Below, piece by piece: positions 14,047-23,803 of a stretch of 64,000 bases of DNA. Every line of letters begins with the position of its first letter. Position 1 is the stretch's first letter. The notes under the pieces are model-generated. The model had not been told where the DNA came from, ran no database searches, and was given only the letters and a program-made list of their open reading frames with translations. Location: the NCBI GenBank assembly GCA_963812135.1, contig CAWETU010000001.1, positions 128,001-192,000 on the forward strand, in the 5' to 3' direction. The stretch is from Vulcanimicrobiota bacterium (GTDB taxonomy: Bacteria; Vulcanimicrobiota; Vulcanimicrobiia; Eremiobacterales; Eremiobacteraceae). Both the position numbers and the translations under genes were made by a program.

Positions 14047-14876
14047 GCGTACGCTTCCAGCCACAACACGTCGCTCGCGGAGAACACCGTGCCGTCGATG
14101 CAGACGCGCGCGAGATCAAATGCGCGCGAATCGCGCGGCGCTGGCGGATACCCGGTGCCCTGCGGGCTGCCCTTGCGCACCGGCACGACGCATCCCCAGC
14201 ACGTCCCCATCGAGCAGCCGAACGTCTCTTCCATCGAGATCTCGCACGGCACGCGTGCGGCGTTCGCGACGTCGCACAGCGCGCGCAACATCGCGGGCGG
14301 GCCACAGCCGTAGATGATGTCGGCCGGGAGCATGCGCTTGCCGAGCTCGACGACCGTGGCGCGTTCGCCTTCGCTCCCGTCATCGGTGCAGAGCGTGACC
14401 TCGACGCCGGCTTCGCGCAACTGCGCGACGCCGCACAGATGCGCCTTGGTGCGGGCACCGACGATTGCGCGGACCGAAACGCCGGCAGCGCGCAAGTCGC
14501 GAGCGAGCAGCCAGAATGGCACAATGCCGATGCCGCCCGCGACGATGAGCGCACGTGACCCTTTTGCGGGGATGCTGAACTCGTTGCCGAGCGGACCGAT
14601 GCACGAGATCGCCGTGCCGACGCTCAAGCGCGACAAGCGGATCGTGCGCTCTCCCCATTCACGGAAGAGCACGCTGAATTCGTCGTTGCGCGCCGTCCAG
14701 ATGCCGAGCGGCAAACGTACCGAGAACGCGCCGGGAACGTCGATCGCCACGTAGCCGGCCGAACGGGCCGAGCGGGTGATCCGCGGCCCGCGCAGGCCCA
14801 GACACCAAAAGCCGGGGGCTACTTGCTCCCGGCTGATCAAGGTGGCGGTTTCCAGCAGCGGCGCCTCGGATGCCAT
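14043..14876 (-). CDS. pyrK: Dihydroorotate dehydrogenase electron-transfer subunit
   Basis: GPLGN, AGGIGIVP, CGPPAML, [2Fe-2S] motif CSMGTCWGC...VCIDG. Confidence 0.92.
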   Translation of the reverse strand: MASEAPLLETATLISREQVAPGFWCLGLRGPRITRSARSAGYVAIDVPGAFSVRLPLGIWTARNDEFSVLFREWGERTIRLSRLSVGTAISCIGPLGNEFSIPAKGSRALIVAGGIGIVPFWLLARDLRAAGVSVRAIVGARTKAHLCGVAQLREAGVEVTLCTDDGSEGERATVVELGKRMLPADIIYGCGPPAMLRALCDVANAARVPCEISMEETFGCSMGTCWGCVVPVRKGSPQGTGYPPAPRDSRAFDLARVCIDGTVFSASDVLWLEAYA

Positions 14877-15026
14877 TGACCGTCGATGTTCGCGTCCCTT
14901 GACGCGCGCCCCTCGGAACGTGACGTGCGTCATACTCTGGCGGTGAGCGCCGGCGGGACGTCTGATGTGAACATTTCGCGGGCATTACCCGTATAGTCAT
15001 TGGGGGGCACCACTGGGAGTAAGCCC

Positions 15027-15176
15027 ATGCAAGGAATACTGATCTTCAATACACTCGCCGAAGCGGTGGCAAGCGGTTTCGAGGTCTTCGACCGCACCGC
15101 CGAAGGCTATCTCGTGCGCAAGCGTACCGAGCGCGGCTGGGCGATCGCCCTCGCGAAGCAGCACAAAGCCGCCTAA
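15027..15176 (+). CDS. 49-aa small protein not in the ORF track
   Basis: GGAG SD, then MQGILIFNTLAEAVASGFEVFDRTAEGYLVRKRTERGWAIALAKQHKAA*, followed by a terminator. Confidence 0.7.
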   Translation: MQGILIFNTLAEAVASGFEVFDRTAEGYLVRKRTERGWAIALAKQHKAA

Positions 15177-15197
15177 AAACGGCCGGTCAAAAAGCGA

Positions 15198-15232
15198 ATC
15201 GAGGCGGACCATGGTCTGCCTCGATCTTTTTT
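15198..15232 (+). terminator. Intrinsic terminator
   Basis: Stem ATCGAGGCGGACC/GGTCTGCCTCGAT followed by CTTTTTT. Confidence 0.75.
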
Positions 15233-15320
15233 CGGCGCCGGGCCGCGCGGGGTGCGCTGCGCGACTCGGCGCCTATCTTCTATAACGACCTGTGGCCCAG
15301 GAAAGTTTCTCCCGCCTTGC

Positions 15321-16088
15321 CTAGGGATGCGACGAGCCCGGCATCGCGATCGAATACGTGACGGATACTGTCGCGGTCATCGTTCCCGTGCCAGGCGAGA
15401 TCGGCGGCGGTGCGGGTGCCGCCATCGCCATGGTCGTCATCCGGGCGACCGGCGCGAACGGCGTCGGCGCCGCGCCGCCCACCGAGATCGAGGTCACCGC
15501 GCCGAGCCGCAGGCCGGCGGCCGACGCGGCGGCGTCGGCGAGATCGCGCGCTTGCTTGACCGCGCGTTGCACCGCTTGCTTGTAGAGCGCGTCGCGCTGC
15601 GTGGTCTCGTACGACAAGCCATAGGTCTGATTCGCACCGGCGCGAATGCCGGCGTCGATGGCCGCGCCCGCTTTGTCGACGGGCGACTTCACGCTGATGT
15701 CCTCGGACGCCACGTACGCCGCTTTGACTGTCTCAGTCGCCTGTCGGTAATACAGGTTGAAGCCGTTCGTGGTGATCGACGCAGCCGGAATGCCGAGCGA
15801 CTTGAGCGCCGAGATGACGGAGTTCGCCCGGCCCGCGACGTCGGCTGTTGCCGCCGACGCGCTTGCGGCCTCGCCGTTGACGCCGAGCGTGACGCGCGCC
15901 TCGTCGGGCGTGTAGTCGACTTCCCCGTCGCCTTGGACCGAGATGGTCGCCGGATGATGCGCCATCATCATATACATCATGTCCTGCGACATCGGCGGCA
16001 TCGGGGGCATGGGCGTTGTGGCGGCGAGCGCGCGCCCGCCTGAAACGGCGATCAAGATAGCCGCGCTGAACGCTGCAATGATTCGCAT
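15321..16088 (-). CDS. SIMPL (DUF541/YggE) domain secreted protein
   Basis: Signal peptide, TISVQGDGEVDYTPDEA, PPISPGT...VSVTY; Met-rich N-terminus. Confidence 0.88.
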   Translation of the reverse strand: MRIIAAFSAAILIAVSGGRALAATTPMPPMPPMSQDMMYMMMAHHPATISVQGDGEVDYTPDEARVTLGVNGEAASASAATADVAGRANSVISALKSLGIPAASITTNGFNLYYRQATETVKAAYVASEDISVKSPVDKAGAAIDAGIRAGANQTYGLSYETTQRDALYKQAVQRAVKQARDLADAAASAAGLRLGAVTSISVGGAAPTPFAPVARMTTMAMAAPAPPPISPGTGTMTATVSVTYSIAMPGSSHP

Positions 16089-16105
16089 ATGGTCTCTCCT
16101 GTCGA

Positions 16106-16645
16106 TCACGAGCGCAGCCGCGCGACGGCACGCTCTTCGTATCGCGTGGTAGGTCCTGCCGGAATGCTTTCGAAGAGCACGACCTCGCGTACTGCTAGCA
16201 CGCAGGGCGGCGGGATTTCGATCCGCGGCATCCCGTGCAGCGGCGTTTTTGCGCGCGCCAGGGTGATATGGGCGACGGCGGGATTGTCGAAGTGTGCGCC
16301 GGCCTCTTCAAAGCCCGCCCGGATCAGTGCCGCGCATTCGGAAAAGCCGGCCGGCTCGAGCGAACTCCCGAGCCACAGGACCCGCGGCCGCCGTTCGTTC
16401 GGGAAGCCGCCCAGAACGTCGAAGACGATCTCGAACGGTTCGCAGCGCGCCGCACAGGCCTGCATAGCTGCGGCGAACTCGGCGCTCTTGGCTGCATCGA
16501 CACGGCCCAGATATGCCAGCGTGACGTGGAGCTTTTCCGGGCGCTCGAGGCGCACGGCCGCACCGACGGCGGCCAACGCGTCCATCGCGCGCACGGCTGA
16601 AAGCCGCACCGCATCGTCGAGGCGGATCGCCGCAAAGGTGGCCAC
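16106..16645 (-). CDS. thpR: RNA 2',3'-cyclic phosphodiesterase (2H family)
   Basis: Two HxT motifs (LHVTLAYLG, HITLAR), GGFP...PRVLWLG. Confidence 0.9.
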   Translation of the reverse strand: MATFAAIRLDDAVRLSAVRAMDALAAVGAAVRLERPEKLHVTLAYLGRVDAAKSAEFAAAMQACAARCEPFEIVFDVLGGFPNERRPRVLWLGSSLEPAGFSECAALIRAGFEEAGAHFDNPAVAHITLARAKTPLHGMPRIEIPPPCVLAVREVVLFESIPAGPTTRYEERAVARLRS

Positions 16646-16802
16646 GCCGGAGGGCGTTCGTCGCCCGCCCAGGACCCGCTTTCACGGCCTCTTAATGTGG
16701 CCTTGGAGCGCTTCACGGTATGCTTGACCCAATAGCGGGCGACGCATGTGAGAGTCGCAGTGCTAACCACCGTCGCTAGGAAACGACAGGAGCACCGCAC
16801 CA

Positions 16803-17507
16803 ATGTCGCACTCATTCGTATCATCGCATTCGGCCGATCAGACCAAACGCAAGATCCTCGTCGTCGAAGACGACGTCCAGATCGCAAAAGTGCTGCGCCT
16901 CGAGCTCGAGCATGAAGGCTTCGAGGTCGAGGTCTGCGGCGACGGCGCAAGCGCCATCGAACGCGCCCTCAAGGGTCCCGATCTCATCATCCTCGATCTT
17001 CTTCTCCCGCGCATCGACGGCTTAGAAGTCTGCCGCCGCGTGCGGCGCCATTCATCGGTGCCGATCATCATGCTCACCGCCAAGGACGCCGTGCCCGATC
17101 GGATCACCGGGCTCGACAGCGGCGCCAACGATTACCTCTCCAAACCGTTCTCGATCGAAGAGCTGCTCGCGCGCATCCGCGTCCAACTGCGCGAGCGCGA
17201 GCCAGGCGAGCGCGTGCTCGAGATCAAGGATCTAAAGCTCAACCGCGACACGCACGAAGTCGCTCGTTCGGGGCGCGCCATCAGTCTGACCGCGAAAGAG
17301 TTCTCGCTGCTCGAATTCCTGATGATGTATCCGAACAAGGTCCACACGCGCGATGAGATCTTCAACAGCGTGTGGGGTTCCGATTTCCTCGGCGAGTCGA
17401 ACCTGATCGACGTCTACATCCGGTATCTGCGCAATAAAGTGGACGATGCGGCCGATGACAAGCTCATCCAGACGATCCGCGGCGTCGGCTACGCGCTCCG
17501 TGCCTGA
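16803..17507 (+). CDS. OmpR-family response regulator
   Basis: ILVVEDD, DLIILDL, KPF, winged-helix SNLIDVYIRYLRNK, IQTIRGVGY. Confidence 0.96.
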   Translation: MSHSFVSSHSADQTKRKILVVEDDVQIAKVLRLELEHEGFEVEVCGDGASAIERALKGPDLIILDLLLPRIDGLEVCRRVRRHSSVPIIMLTAKDAVPDRITGLDSGANDYLSKPFSIEELLARIRVQLREREPGERVLEIKDLKLNRDTHEVARSGRAISLTAKEFSLLEFLMMYPNKVHTRDEIFNSVWGSDFLGESNLIDVYIRYLRNKVDDAADDKLIQTIRGVGYALRA

Positions 17508-18957
17508 ACCCTCGGACCAGCCGCCTTTCTTCGAAAGTCTTCGCTGGCGGCTCTCGGTCTGGTACGTGGTCGCCGTGGCGGCGTTGCTCTTCCTGTTCGC
17601 GGCCGTCGTCATGCTCGGCGCGTATCGCGTGCTGTATCTGTCCGCGGCGCAGCGCATCGAAGGCGCGGCAATGGCGCTACAGTCGTACGCGCGCGCGGGC
17701 AATCCGCTCTTCGGTTCCGCGTCCGTGGTCGAGCTGCTCTCGCAAGAGAGCCAGCTGAACACGTTCGCCGGTCCGGGGCTGTACGTCGAAGCGTTCAATC
17801 CGAGCGGCGCGCGCATCGGCGCGAGCAGCAATCTCGCCGACGCCGACTTGCCGACGACCGGCTACCGTCCGTGGCACATGGAAGGGATCGCATCCGGCGA
17901 TTGGGGCACTGCGCGGACCCCGCTCGGGCCGGTCCTCGCGCACTGGCACTCGGTCTTGTCCGACGGGCGCCCGGTCGCAACGGTGTACGTCGCGCAGTCG
18001 CTCGCGAGCGTCAATCAGACGCTCGGTTCGTTCGCGGTGTTCTTGGTCGTGAGCTTCATCGGCGCCGTGATGCTGGTCGTCGCGTCGGGCATCTGGCTCG
18101 GCAGGGCGGCCATCGGACCGATCAATGAGATCTCGCAGTCGGTCCAGGAGATCGGCGGCGCCGATCTGGCGAAACGGCTCAACTGGCAGGGGCGGCGCGA
18201 TGAGCTCGGCCGGCTTGCCGCGCAATTCGACGAGATGCTCGGCCGATTAGAGGCGGCCTTTGCGCGCGAGCGGCGCTTCATCTCCGACGCATCGCACGAA
18301 CTGAAGACGCCGCTGACCGTCATCAACGCGAACGCGCAGATGCTCGAGCGTTGGGGCGATCGCGATGAAGCGGTGCGCCGCGAGGCGCTCGAGGCGATCC
18401 GGCACGAAAGCGCGCAGATGGCGCGCGTCATCAACGCGATGCTCACACTGGCGAAGACCGACACCGGCACGTCGCTCGCCGTCGAGCCGCTCAATCTGCG
18501 CACCATCGTCAGCGAAGTCGCCAACACGCTGCGCCCACGCGCGGCGGAGAAAGGCCTGACGCTCGAAACGCATTGCAACGGCGACGCATACGTCTTGGGC
18601 GAGCCCGGGCTCATGCGCCAGCTCGTCCTGAACCTCACCGAAAACGCCATCAAATTCACTCAGGCAGGCGGCGTGACGATCTCTATGGGCGCCGAGAACT
18701 CGCACGCGCATCTCGACATCGCGGACACCGGCCCCGGCATCCCGGCGGACGCGCTGCCGCACGTCTTCGAGCGTTTCTATCGCGCCGATCCGGCGCATTC
18801 CCGCGCGGTCGAGGGGACCGGGCTCGGCCTCGCGGTGGTCAACAGCATCGTGCGCGCGCATGGCGGCCAGATCAGCGTGAAGAGTCCCGCCGGCGGCGGC
18901 ACGACGGTCTGCGTCACGCTCCCGGCGCTTGTCCTGGCGGGAGACGGCGAGCCGTGA
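17500..18957 (+). CDS. HAMP-domain sensor histidine kinase
   Basis: Two TM segments, DELGRLA, ASHELKTPL, NLTENAIKF, DTGPGI, GTGLGL; GTG start overlaps the regulator stop region. Confidence 0.95.
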   Translation: MPEPSDQPPFFESLRWRLSVWYVVAVAALLFLFAAVVMLGAYRVLYLSAAQRIEGAAMALQSYARAGNPLFGSASVVELLSQESQLNTFAGPGLYVEAFNPSGARIGASSNLADADLPTTGYRPWHMEGIASGDWGTARTPLGPVLAHWHSVLSDGRPVATVYVAQSLASVNQTLGSFAVFLVVSFIGAVMLVVASGIWLGRAAIGPINEISQSVQEIGGADLAKRLNWQGRRDELGRLAAQFDEMLGRLEAAFARERRFISDASHELKTPLTVINANAQMLERWGDRDEAVRREALEAIRHESAQMARVINAMLTLAKTDTGTSLAVEPLNLRTIVSEVANTLRPRAAEKGLTLETHCNGDAYVLGEPGLMRQLVLNLTENAIKFTQAGGVTISMGAENSHAHLDIADTGPGIPADALPHVFERFYRADPAHSRAVEGTGLGLAVVNSIVRAHGGQISVKSPAGGGTTVCVTLPALVLAGDGEP

Positions 18958-19079
18958 GCGCGTCCGCCCGGCCTCTCATCGGTCGCTCACGGCCGGTTCA
19001 TGGCGGCCTCATGCGGCGCGGCGCGCCGCACGGTAAGGTCAAGGGTGAAGGAACGCGCGGTTCCTTCGCCCGCATCATC

Positions 19080-20057
19080 ATGAAACGAATCAACTTCCTC
19101 GCCATCGCGCTCGGCGTGCTGGCCGCCCCACTCGCTGTCGTCTTGTCGGCCAAAGCCGACTTGGCGCAGATCAACGATGGCGCGCCGCTCACCGTGATCA
19201 ACTCGACCGGCGGACGGATCACCGTGCATCCAGGTGAGCCCGACGGGTTGGTCCGCGTGCCCAACAACGCGCCTGGCGTGCAGATGAGCCGCTTCAACGT
19301 GAATCCGCAAACGATGGGCAGCATCTGCGTGCCTCGCCCGCAGGCGTTTTCCGCTCAGCGGCCGCAAGCGTTTGGAGGCCAGCGCGGCTTTCGTCCGCCC
19401 GCATCAAATCCAAATCTCAACCCGAACCTGAATGCAAATCCGAACTGCCGGGTGACTCACTTGCCGCTGCGCGAAGGTCCGCATGGCGTCGCGATCAACA
19501 ATCCAGGCTCCGATCTTGAGGTCAGCGTCCCCAGCCGGTTCGAGCTGATGTATATCAAGGCGAACGCGAGCCCGGTGCTGATGGAGCGCACGCGCGGTCC
19601 ATTCATCATCACCGGCCAGAACGACGTCACGTTGCACGGCGTCGCCGGCATGGGATACGTCCAGACCGCCGGTAATGTCGACGTTCGCAATCCGGCCGGG
19701 ATCTTGGGAGTCGCGACGAGCGGCGGGCGCATCACCGTTTCATCGGGACCGGGATTGGAGCGGCTCCAGCTGTATTCGCAGAGCGGCGACATTGAGTGGA
19801 CGATCGCCGGCATCGGCGGCGGCCCGTATCGCCTGGAACTTGGCTCGGGGGCGGCTCGCATCTACGTACGGCCGGGCGTCGGTGCGAATGTCGACGCGAC
19901 GAGCATCGGCGGCTCGGTGGTCAACCTGCTCGATCCGTCCGTCGGCAACGTCGGATTCGCAGGTCCGCACGCGGTCGCGATGACCGTCGGCGGCGGCGGC
20001 GCACAAATCGTCATCCACAGCCAGAGCGGCTCGATCACGATCGCACCTGCGCCGTAA
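19080..20057 (+). CDS. Secreted beta-strand-repeat (DUF4097-like) protein
   Basis: Signal peptide; repeated T/S-x-G-x-I/V strands; ends SQSGSITI. Confidence 0.6.
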   Translation: MKRINFLAIALGVLAAPLAVVLSAKADLAQINDGAPLTVINSTGGRITVHPGEPDGLVRVPNNAPGVQMSRFNVNPQTMGSICVPRPQAFSAQRPQAFGGQRGFRPPASNPNLNPNLNANPNCRVTHLPLREGPHGVAINNPGSDLEVSVPSRFELMYIKANASPVLMERTRGPFIITGQNDVTLHGVAGMGYVQTAGNVDVRNPAGILGVATSGGRITVSSGPGLERLQLYSQSGDIEWTIAGIGGGPYRLELGSGAARIYVRPGVGANVDATSIGGSVVNLLDPSVGNVGFAGPHAVAMTVGGGGAQIVIHSQSGSITIAPAP

Positions 20058-20119
20058 TCTTTCGCGTTCTGTCAAAGACCGCGCCGGGTTTGCGGCCGGC
20101 ATCGGCGAAGCGGTGGCTC

Positions 20120-21427
20120 GTGCTTCGCATCCTCGGCGCCGCGTTCGTCCTCATGCTCACCGCTATCGCCGCGCTGACATCGTTCGGGCCGCTCCCGGCG
20201 GCGGGCGACGGAGCAACCGCCTCGTTCGTGCCGGCGATCGCGCCTACCGGGAGCCCGACACCGGTGCAGACGGCGTTGCCGAATCCCATTTCACGGCCGC
20301 CCGATGCGCGCGGCGTCACCGAAACGACCGCCCCTTTCGCCAGTCCGACCGCGTTCTCGCCGCCGCCGGCCCCGCCGTCCTTGTGGCTGTCCGCTTCGAG
20401 CTCGTTCACGGTGCCGTGCGAGCTGCACGGCGATCGCATCTTCGTCAACGTCGTGGTCGACGGGCGGCCGGCGGCTTTTTTACTCGATTCAGGCGCGCCA
20501 TACTCCTCGATCGACCCCGAAGCTGCGCGCTCGCATGACGCGCCGATCACGCTGCATACGCTGCAGATCGGAGAGCTGCGTTTCAACTCGCTGACCGCGG
20601 GCGTGAGCCGGATCGCGGCCGGCTCGTCTGCGTATCTCGGCGATCAGGCGGATGGCGTCCTCGGTCAAGAGCTGTTCTCACGATATCCGGTCCGAATCGA
20701 CTATCGCAGTTGCGCCGTGACCGTTTTTCGCGACGCTCAAGCAGCCGCCGCCGGCAGCCCGTCGTCGACGGCGCAACTGGTTCCGATCCAGATGATCAAA
20801 GGCTTGCCGGAAGTCTCAGTCCGCCTCGACGGCGCCGCGCCGGGGATGGCGGTGCTCGACACAGCGTCAGACGCGAACGCCGATGTCACGGTCGATTTCG
20901 TGATGGCGAATGGCCTGACGGTGTCATCATCGCTGCCTGAGCTGCGGCGCTGGCTGCCGGGCGGTGAGCTTTCCGGCGAAACCGCGCGCGTCGCCTCGAT
21001 GGCGGTAGGGTCGTCTTCTGTCGATCGTCCAGTGATCGGCATCGTCACATCAGGCACGCGCGCAGCGGTCGGGTACGTCGGCAACGGATTCCTCCAGAAT
21101 TTCAACGTGTTGTTCGATGAACCGGCCGCGCAACTGATCCTCGACCCTGCCGCCGGCGCGAAGAGCACATCCTACGATCGCAGCGGCGCATGGCTCGTCG
21201 TCCGCGGCGGCGCGATCACCGTCAAGAGCGTGCTCGCGGGTTCGCCTGCGGCGAAAACGCCGCTGTCCCCAGGCGATCGCATCCTCGCCGCAGGGGGCAC
21301 CGGCGCCAGTGATTTGGACAGCGTGCGCGCCTTGCTCGCGGGGGCACCGGGTACGACGGTCGCCATCGTCTACGACCACGGCGGCAAGCGGCACAGCGGC
21401 GTGATCATTTTGAAGACGCTGCTTTGA
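20120..21427 (+). CDS. Secreted two-domain retropepsin-like aspartyl protease with a C-terminal PDZ domain
   Basis: FLLDSGA and VLDTAS motifs, DGVLG, GSPAAK..L.PGDRI. Confidence 0.82.
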   Translation: MLRILGAAFVLMLTAIAALTSFGPLPAAGDGATASFVPAIAPTGSPTPVQTALPNPISRPPDARGVTETTAPFASPTAFSPPPAPPSLWLSASSSFTVPCELHGDRIFVNVVVDGRPAAFLLDSGAPYSSIDPEAARSHDAPITLHTLQIGELRFNSLTAGVSRIAAGSSAYLGDQADGVLGQELFSRYPVRIDYRSCAVTVFRDAQAAAAGSPSSTAQLVPIQMIKGLPEVSVRLDGAAPGMAVLDTASDANADVTVDFVMANGLTVSSSLPELRRWLPGGELSGETARVASMAVGSSSVDRPVIGIVTSGTRAAVGYVGNGFLQNFNVLFDEPAAQLILDPAAGAKSTSYDRSGAWLVVRGGAITVKSVLAGSPAAKTPLSPGDRILAAGGTGASDLDSVRALLAGAPGTTVAIVYDHGGKRHSGVIILKTLL

Positions 21428-22197
21428 CGATCCGCATCCGCGATCTCTCGAACATCGCGATCGACCGCGTGGAGTTCGCAAGCGCCGGCGGAACGGTGCG
21501 CGGCTTGCTCTACCATACAAGACGCGCCGCGACATGCGTCGTGTTATGCCACGGCTATTCCGCGGGCAAGCATAACGTCGATCCGCTCGCGTATCACCTC
21601 GCGACCGAAGGATATGTCTCGCTTGCGTTTGATTTTCTCGGCCACAAGCTCGGCGCGAGCTCGGGACCGCTCGCCACCGCAGACGGGCTGATCGTGAACG
21701 CGCTCGATGCCGTGACATACGCCCGCACGCAAACGTTGGTGCGACGAATCGTCATCGGCGGCCACAGCATGGGAGCGGCGACCGCCATCGGCGCCGCGTT
21801 AGAAGATCCCGTGATCGCGGGAGTGATCGGCATCAGCACGGCGAGGCATCGCAGCGCGAAGCTCGCGGCTGACGGGCTGGTGCGCGGGCTCATCAACCGC
21901 AAACCCTATGTCGATGGCGCCGGACCCGAAGAGATCACGGCGGCGATGGACTCATACACCGCGCGCATCGCCGAGCTCGCGCCGCGACCGCTGCTGCTCG
22001 TGGCGGGTTCGCGAGATTCGCTGGTGGCGCCGTCCGCCGCTGCGCAGCTCTTCGACGAAGCGGGCGAGCCCAAGACGTACGAGCTCATCGATGCGACGCA
22101 CACCGACAGTGCCGAGCGCGCGAGATTCGTCGTGACAAGATGGCTCCGGGCGATGGGTTTCGAATACGCGCACGATGTAAAGGGGGATCCAGGATGA
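21424..22197 (+). CDS. Alpha/beta-fold hydrolase
   Basis: CHG, FDFLGH, GHSMG, PLLLVAGSRD, terminal His. Confidence 0.88.
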   Translation: MTIRIRDLSNIAIDRVEFASAGGTVRGLLYHTRRAATCVVLCHGYSAGKHNVDPLAYHLATEGYVSLAFDFLGHKLGASSGPLATADGLIVNALDAVTYARTQTLVRRIVIGGHSMGAATAIGAALEDPVIAGVIGISTARHRSAKLAADGLVRGLINRKPYVDGAGPEEITAAMDSYTARIAELAPRPLLLVAGSRDSLVAPSAAAQLFDEAGEPKTYELIDATHTDSAERARFVVTRWLRAMGFEYAHDVKGDPG

Positions 22198-22889
22198 ACA
22201 AGCTCTCGCTCGTCGCAGGTGGAGCCTTGTGCGCGACCGCGATCATCACGCTGCTCGCCGGCGGAACTTCGCGCGCCGCGACGCCGCCGCCGACTCCGGT
22301 CGTCTCGGTGACGACGCTACCCGCGCTGCCGTCACCCGGCGCAGCGACTGCCCACCCTGTGACTCCCGCACCGGCGACGACGCTGCCGCCGCTTGCCGCT
22401 CCGACGCTTCCTCCCGGCCAAACGCCGGCGCCAAACGCGACGCTCGCGCTGCCGCCGCCCGGCACCGCGATCGTCATCTCGGGCCTCGTCGGCAAGCCGC
22501 AAATAATTACGCTTGGACAATTGGACAAACTTCCGTCGGGATCGTTGACGATGCGCATCGTCGACGCTGACGGCAAGCATCGCTTCCACACGTTCAGCGG
22601 CGCCCTGTTGCGCGCCGCGATCGATGTCGCGCAACCGCTCGATGTGGGCGGCACGAGCACGTCGACGCACGCGTACGCGGTGATCCAAGGCGTCGGCGGC
22701 AAGTCGGCGATCGTCGCGTTTCCCGAATTCGAAAACGATTTTGCCGGCAAGCGAGTGCTGCTCGCCACCACGATCGACGCCCGGCCTGCGCCGCAAGGCA
22801 CAGCGACCTTGGTGATCGAGGGAGATGCAACGCGCGGCCGTTTCGTCGAGGGCGTCACGCGCATCTTGATAGCGGACGCGGGGCCGTAG
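22194..22889 (+). CDS. Secreted Pro-rich protein with a molybdopterin-oxidoreductase-like domain
   Basis: Signal peptide, Pro/Thr linker, ISGLVGKP..ITL..L..LP, LVIEGD...GRFV. Confidence 0.55.
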   Translation: MNKLSLVAGGALCATAIITLLAGGTSRAATPPPTPVVSVTTLPALPSPGAATAHPVTPAPATTLPPLAAPTLPPGQTPAPNATLALPPPGTAIVISGLVGKPQIITLGQLDKLPSGSLTMRIVDADGKHRFHTFSGALLRAAIDVAQPLDVGGTSTSTHAYAVIQGVGGKSAIVAFPEFENDFAGKRVLLATTIDARPAPQGTATLVIEGDATRGRFVEGVTRILIADAGP

Positions 22890-22909
22890 CGCAACGTCGC
22901 GGCACGGGA

Positions 22910-22939
22910 TTGCCGCGTCCCGCCACCGTATGTTATACT
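22910..22939 (+). promoter_or_regulatory. Sigma70-type promoter of tRNA-Ala
   Basis: TTGCCG-18 nt-TATACT with an extended -10 TG, 17 nt before the tRNA. Confidence 0.65.
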
Positions 22940-22956
22940 ACCGCTTCGGGCCCCGT

Positions 22957-23032
22957 GGGGATGTAGCTCAGCTGGTAGAGCACTTGCTTCGCATGTAAGG
23001 GGTCAGGGGTTCGAGTCCCCTCATCTCCACCA
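22957..23032 (+). tRNA. tRNA-Ala (anticodon CGC)
   Basis: 76-nt cloverleaf: GGGGATG/CATCTCC acceptor with G3-U70, CTTGC-TTCGCAT-GTAAG anticodon arm, TTCGAGT T-loop, encoded CCA. Confidence 0.97.
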
Positions 23033-23486
23033 TTAGTTAAACCCGCATTGGAAGTACCGTTGCGGACTTTTCTTCAGCCAACGCGGGTCTGAGAGGAACT
23101 CAACTTACCCGCATTGTTACCCTCAATAACCAGGGTCGCCGGATGGAGTTAGGCTTCGCGTTACCCGCGCTCCGATTGGAGCGCGTGATCGACGCAGCGA
23201 TGGTCTATCGTCGGAGTTCCTTATAGCGTAGGCTCCCAGACGAGTGGATCTCGTCGAGAATGTTGTTTGATCTCGTCCGCTTCGTACTTGGTGCTTCCCC
23301 GCTCGATCTCGACAGGCCGACGATTCCAAAAAAACTCACACCCATCAATCTCTCTTGAGACGGGCGCCGCCCCAACGAACCCCGCCATGCGACAAACTGT
23401 GCGCGGATGGTGGATCGTCGTAAAGAGGGGAATCGGCAAATTCATGCACTTGATCCAAGCCAGCGCCTAGCATTGCATCGTTACCT

Positions 23487-23720
23487 TCAGCTCGGATTGG
23501 GCTCGGGGCTTATTGCCGTGAATGGCCCTCCGGGGACCGGAGTTCCAGTAGCTTCAGCGCTCGTTGCGGCCGTCGCTGCGGCGGAAGGCGCGGTGCTTTC
23601 CGCCGAACTTGGCGCCGCACTCGGCGGTGCACTGGCGGTCGCGTTCGATTGACCGCCTCCACCGCATGCCGGCAGCCCGAGCACGAAAAGAGCACCAAGA
23701 GCGACGAAACTCAAACGCAT
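23487..23720 (-). CDS. Small Ala/Ser/Pro-rich lipoprotein (possibly truncated)
   Basis: GGAG SD; MRLSFVALGALFVLGLPAC lipobox; low-complexity body. Confidence 0.55.
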   Translation of the reverse strand: MRLSFVALGALFVLGLPACGGGGQSNATASAPPSAAPSSAESTAPSAAATAATSAEATGTPVPGGPFTAISPEPNPS

Positions 23721-23803
23721 ATCGGCTCTCCTAAGCAGCGGTAGTTTGAGGCCGTCGTTCTCTTTGCGACCATGACGGCCTTCCAACTACTTGAAGCCCG
23801 GCA

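Noticed and set aside
14880..15026. PyrR-type attenuator upstream of the pyr operon
   Set aside because: No PyrR-binding loop consensus or terminator/antiterminator pair recognisable
19340..19445. Short repeats (RPQAF x2, NPNL repeats) and PT/PS repeats elsewhere
   Set aside because: Low-complexity protein linkers within CDSs, not DNA repeat arrays
23221..23445. 74-aa ORF next to the tRNA as an integrase remnant
   Set aside because: No tyrosine or serine recombinase motif recognisable; left uncalled
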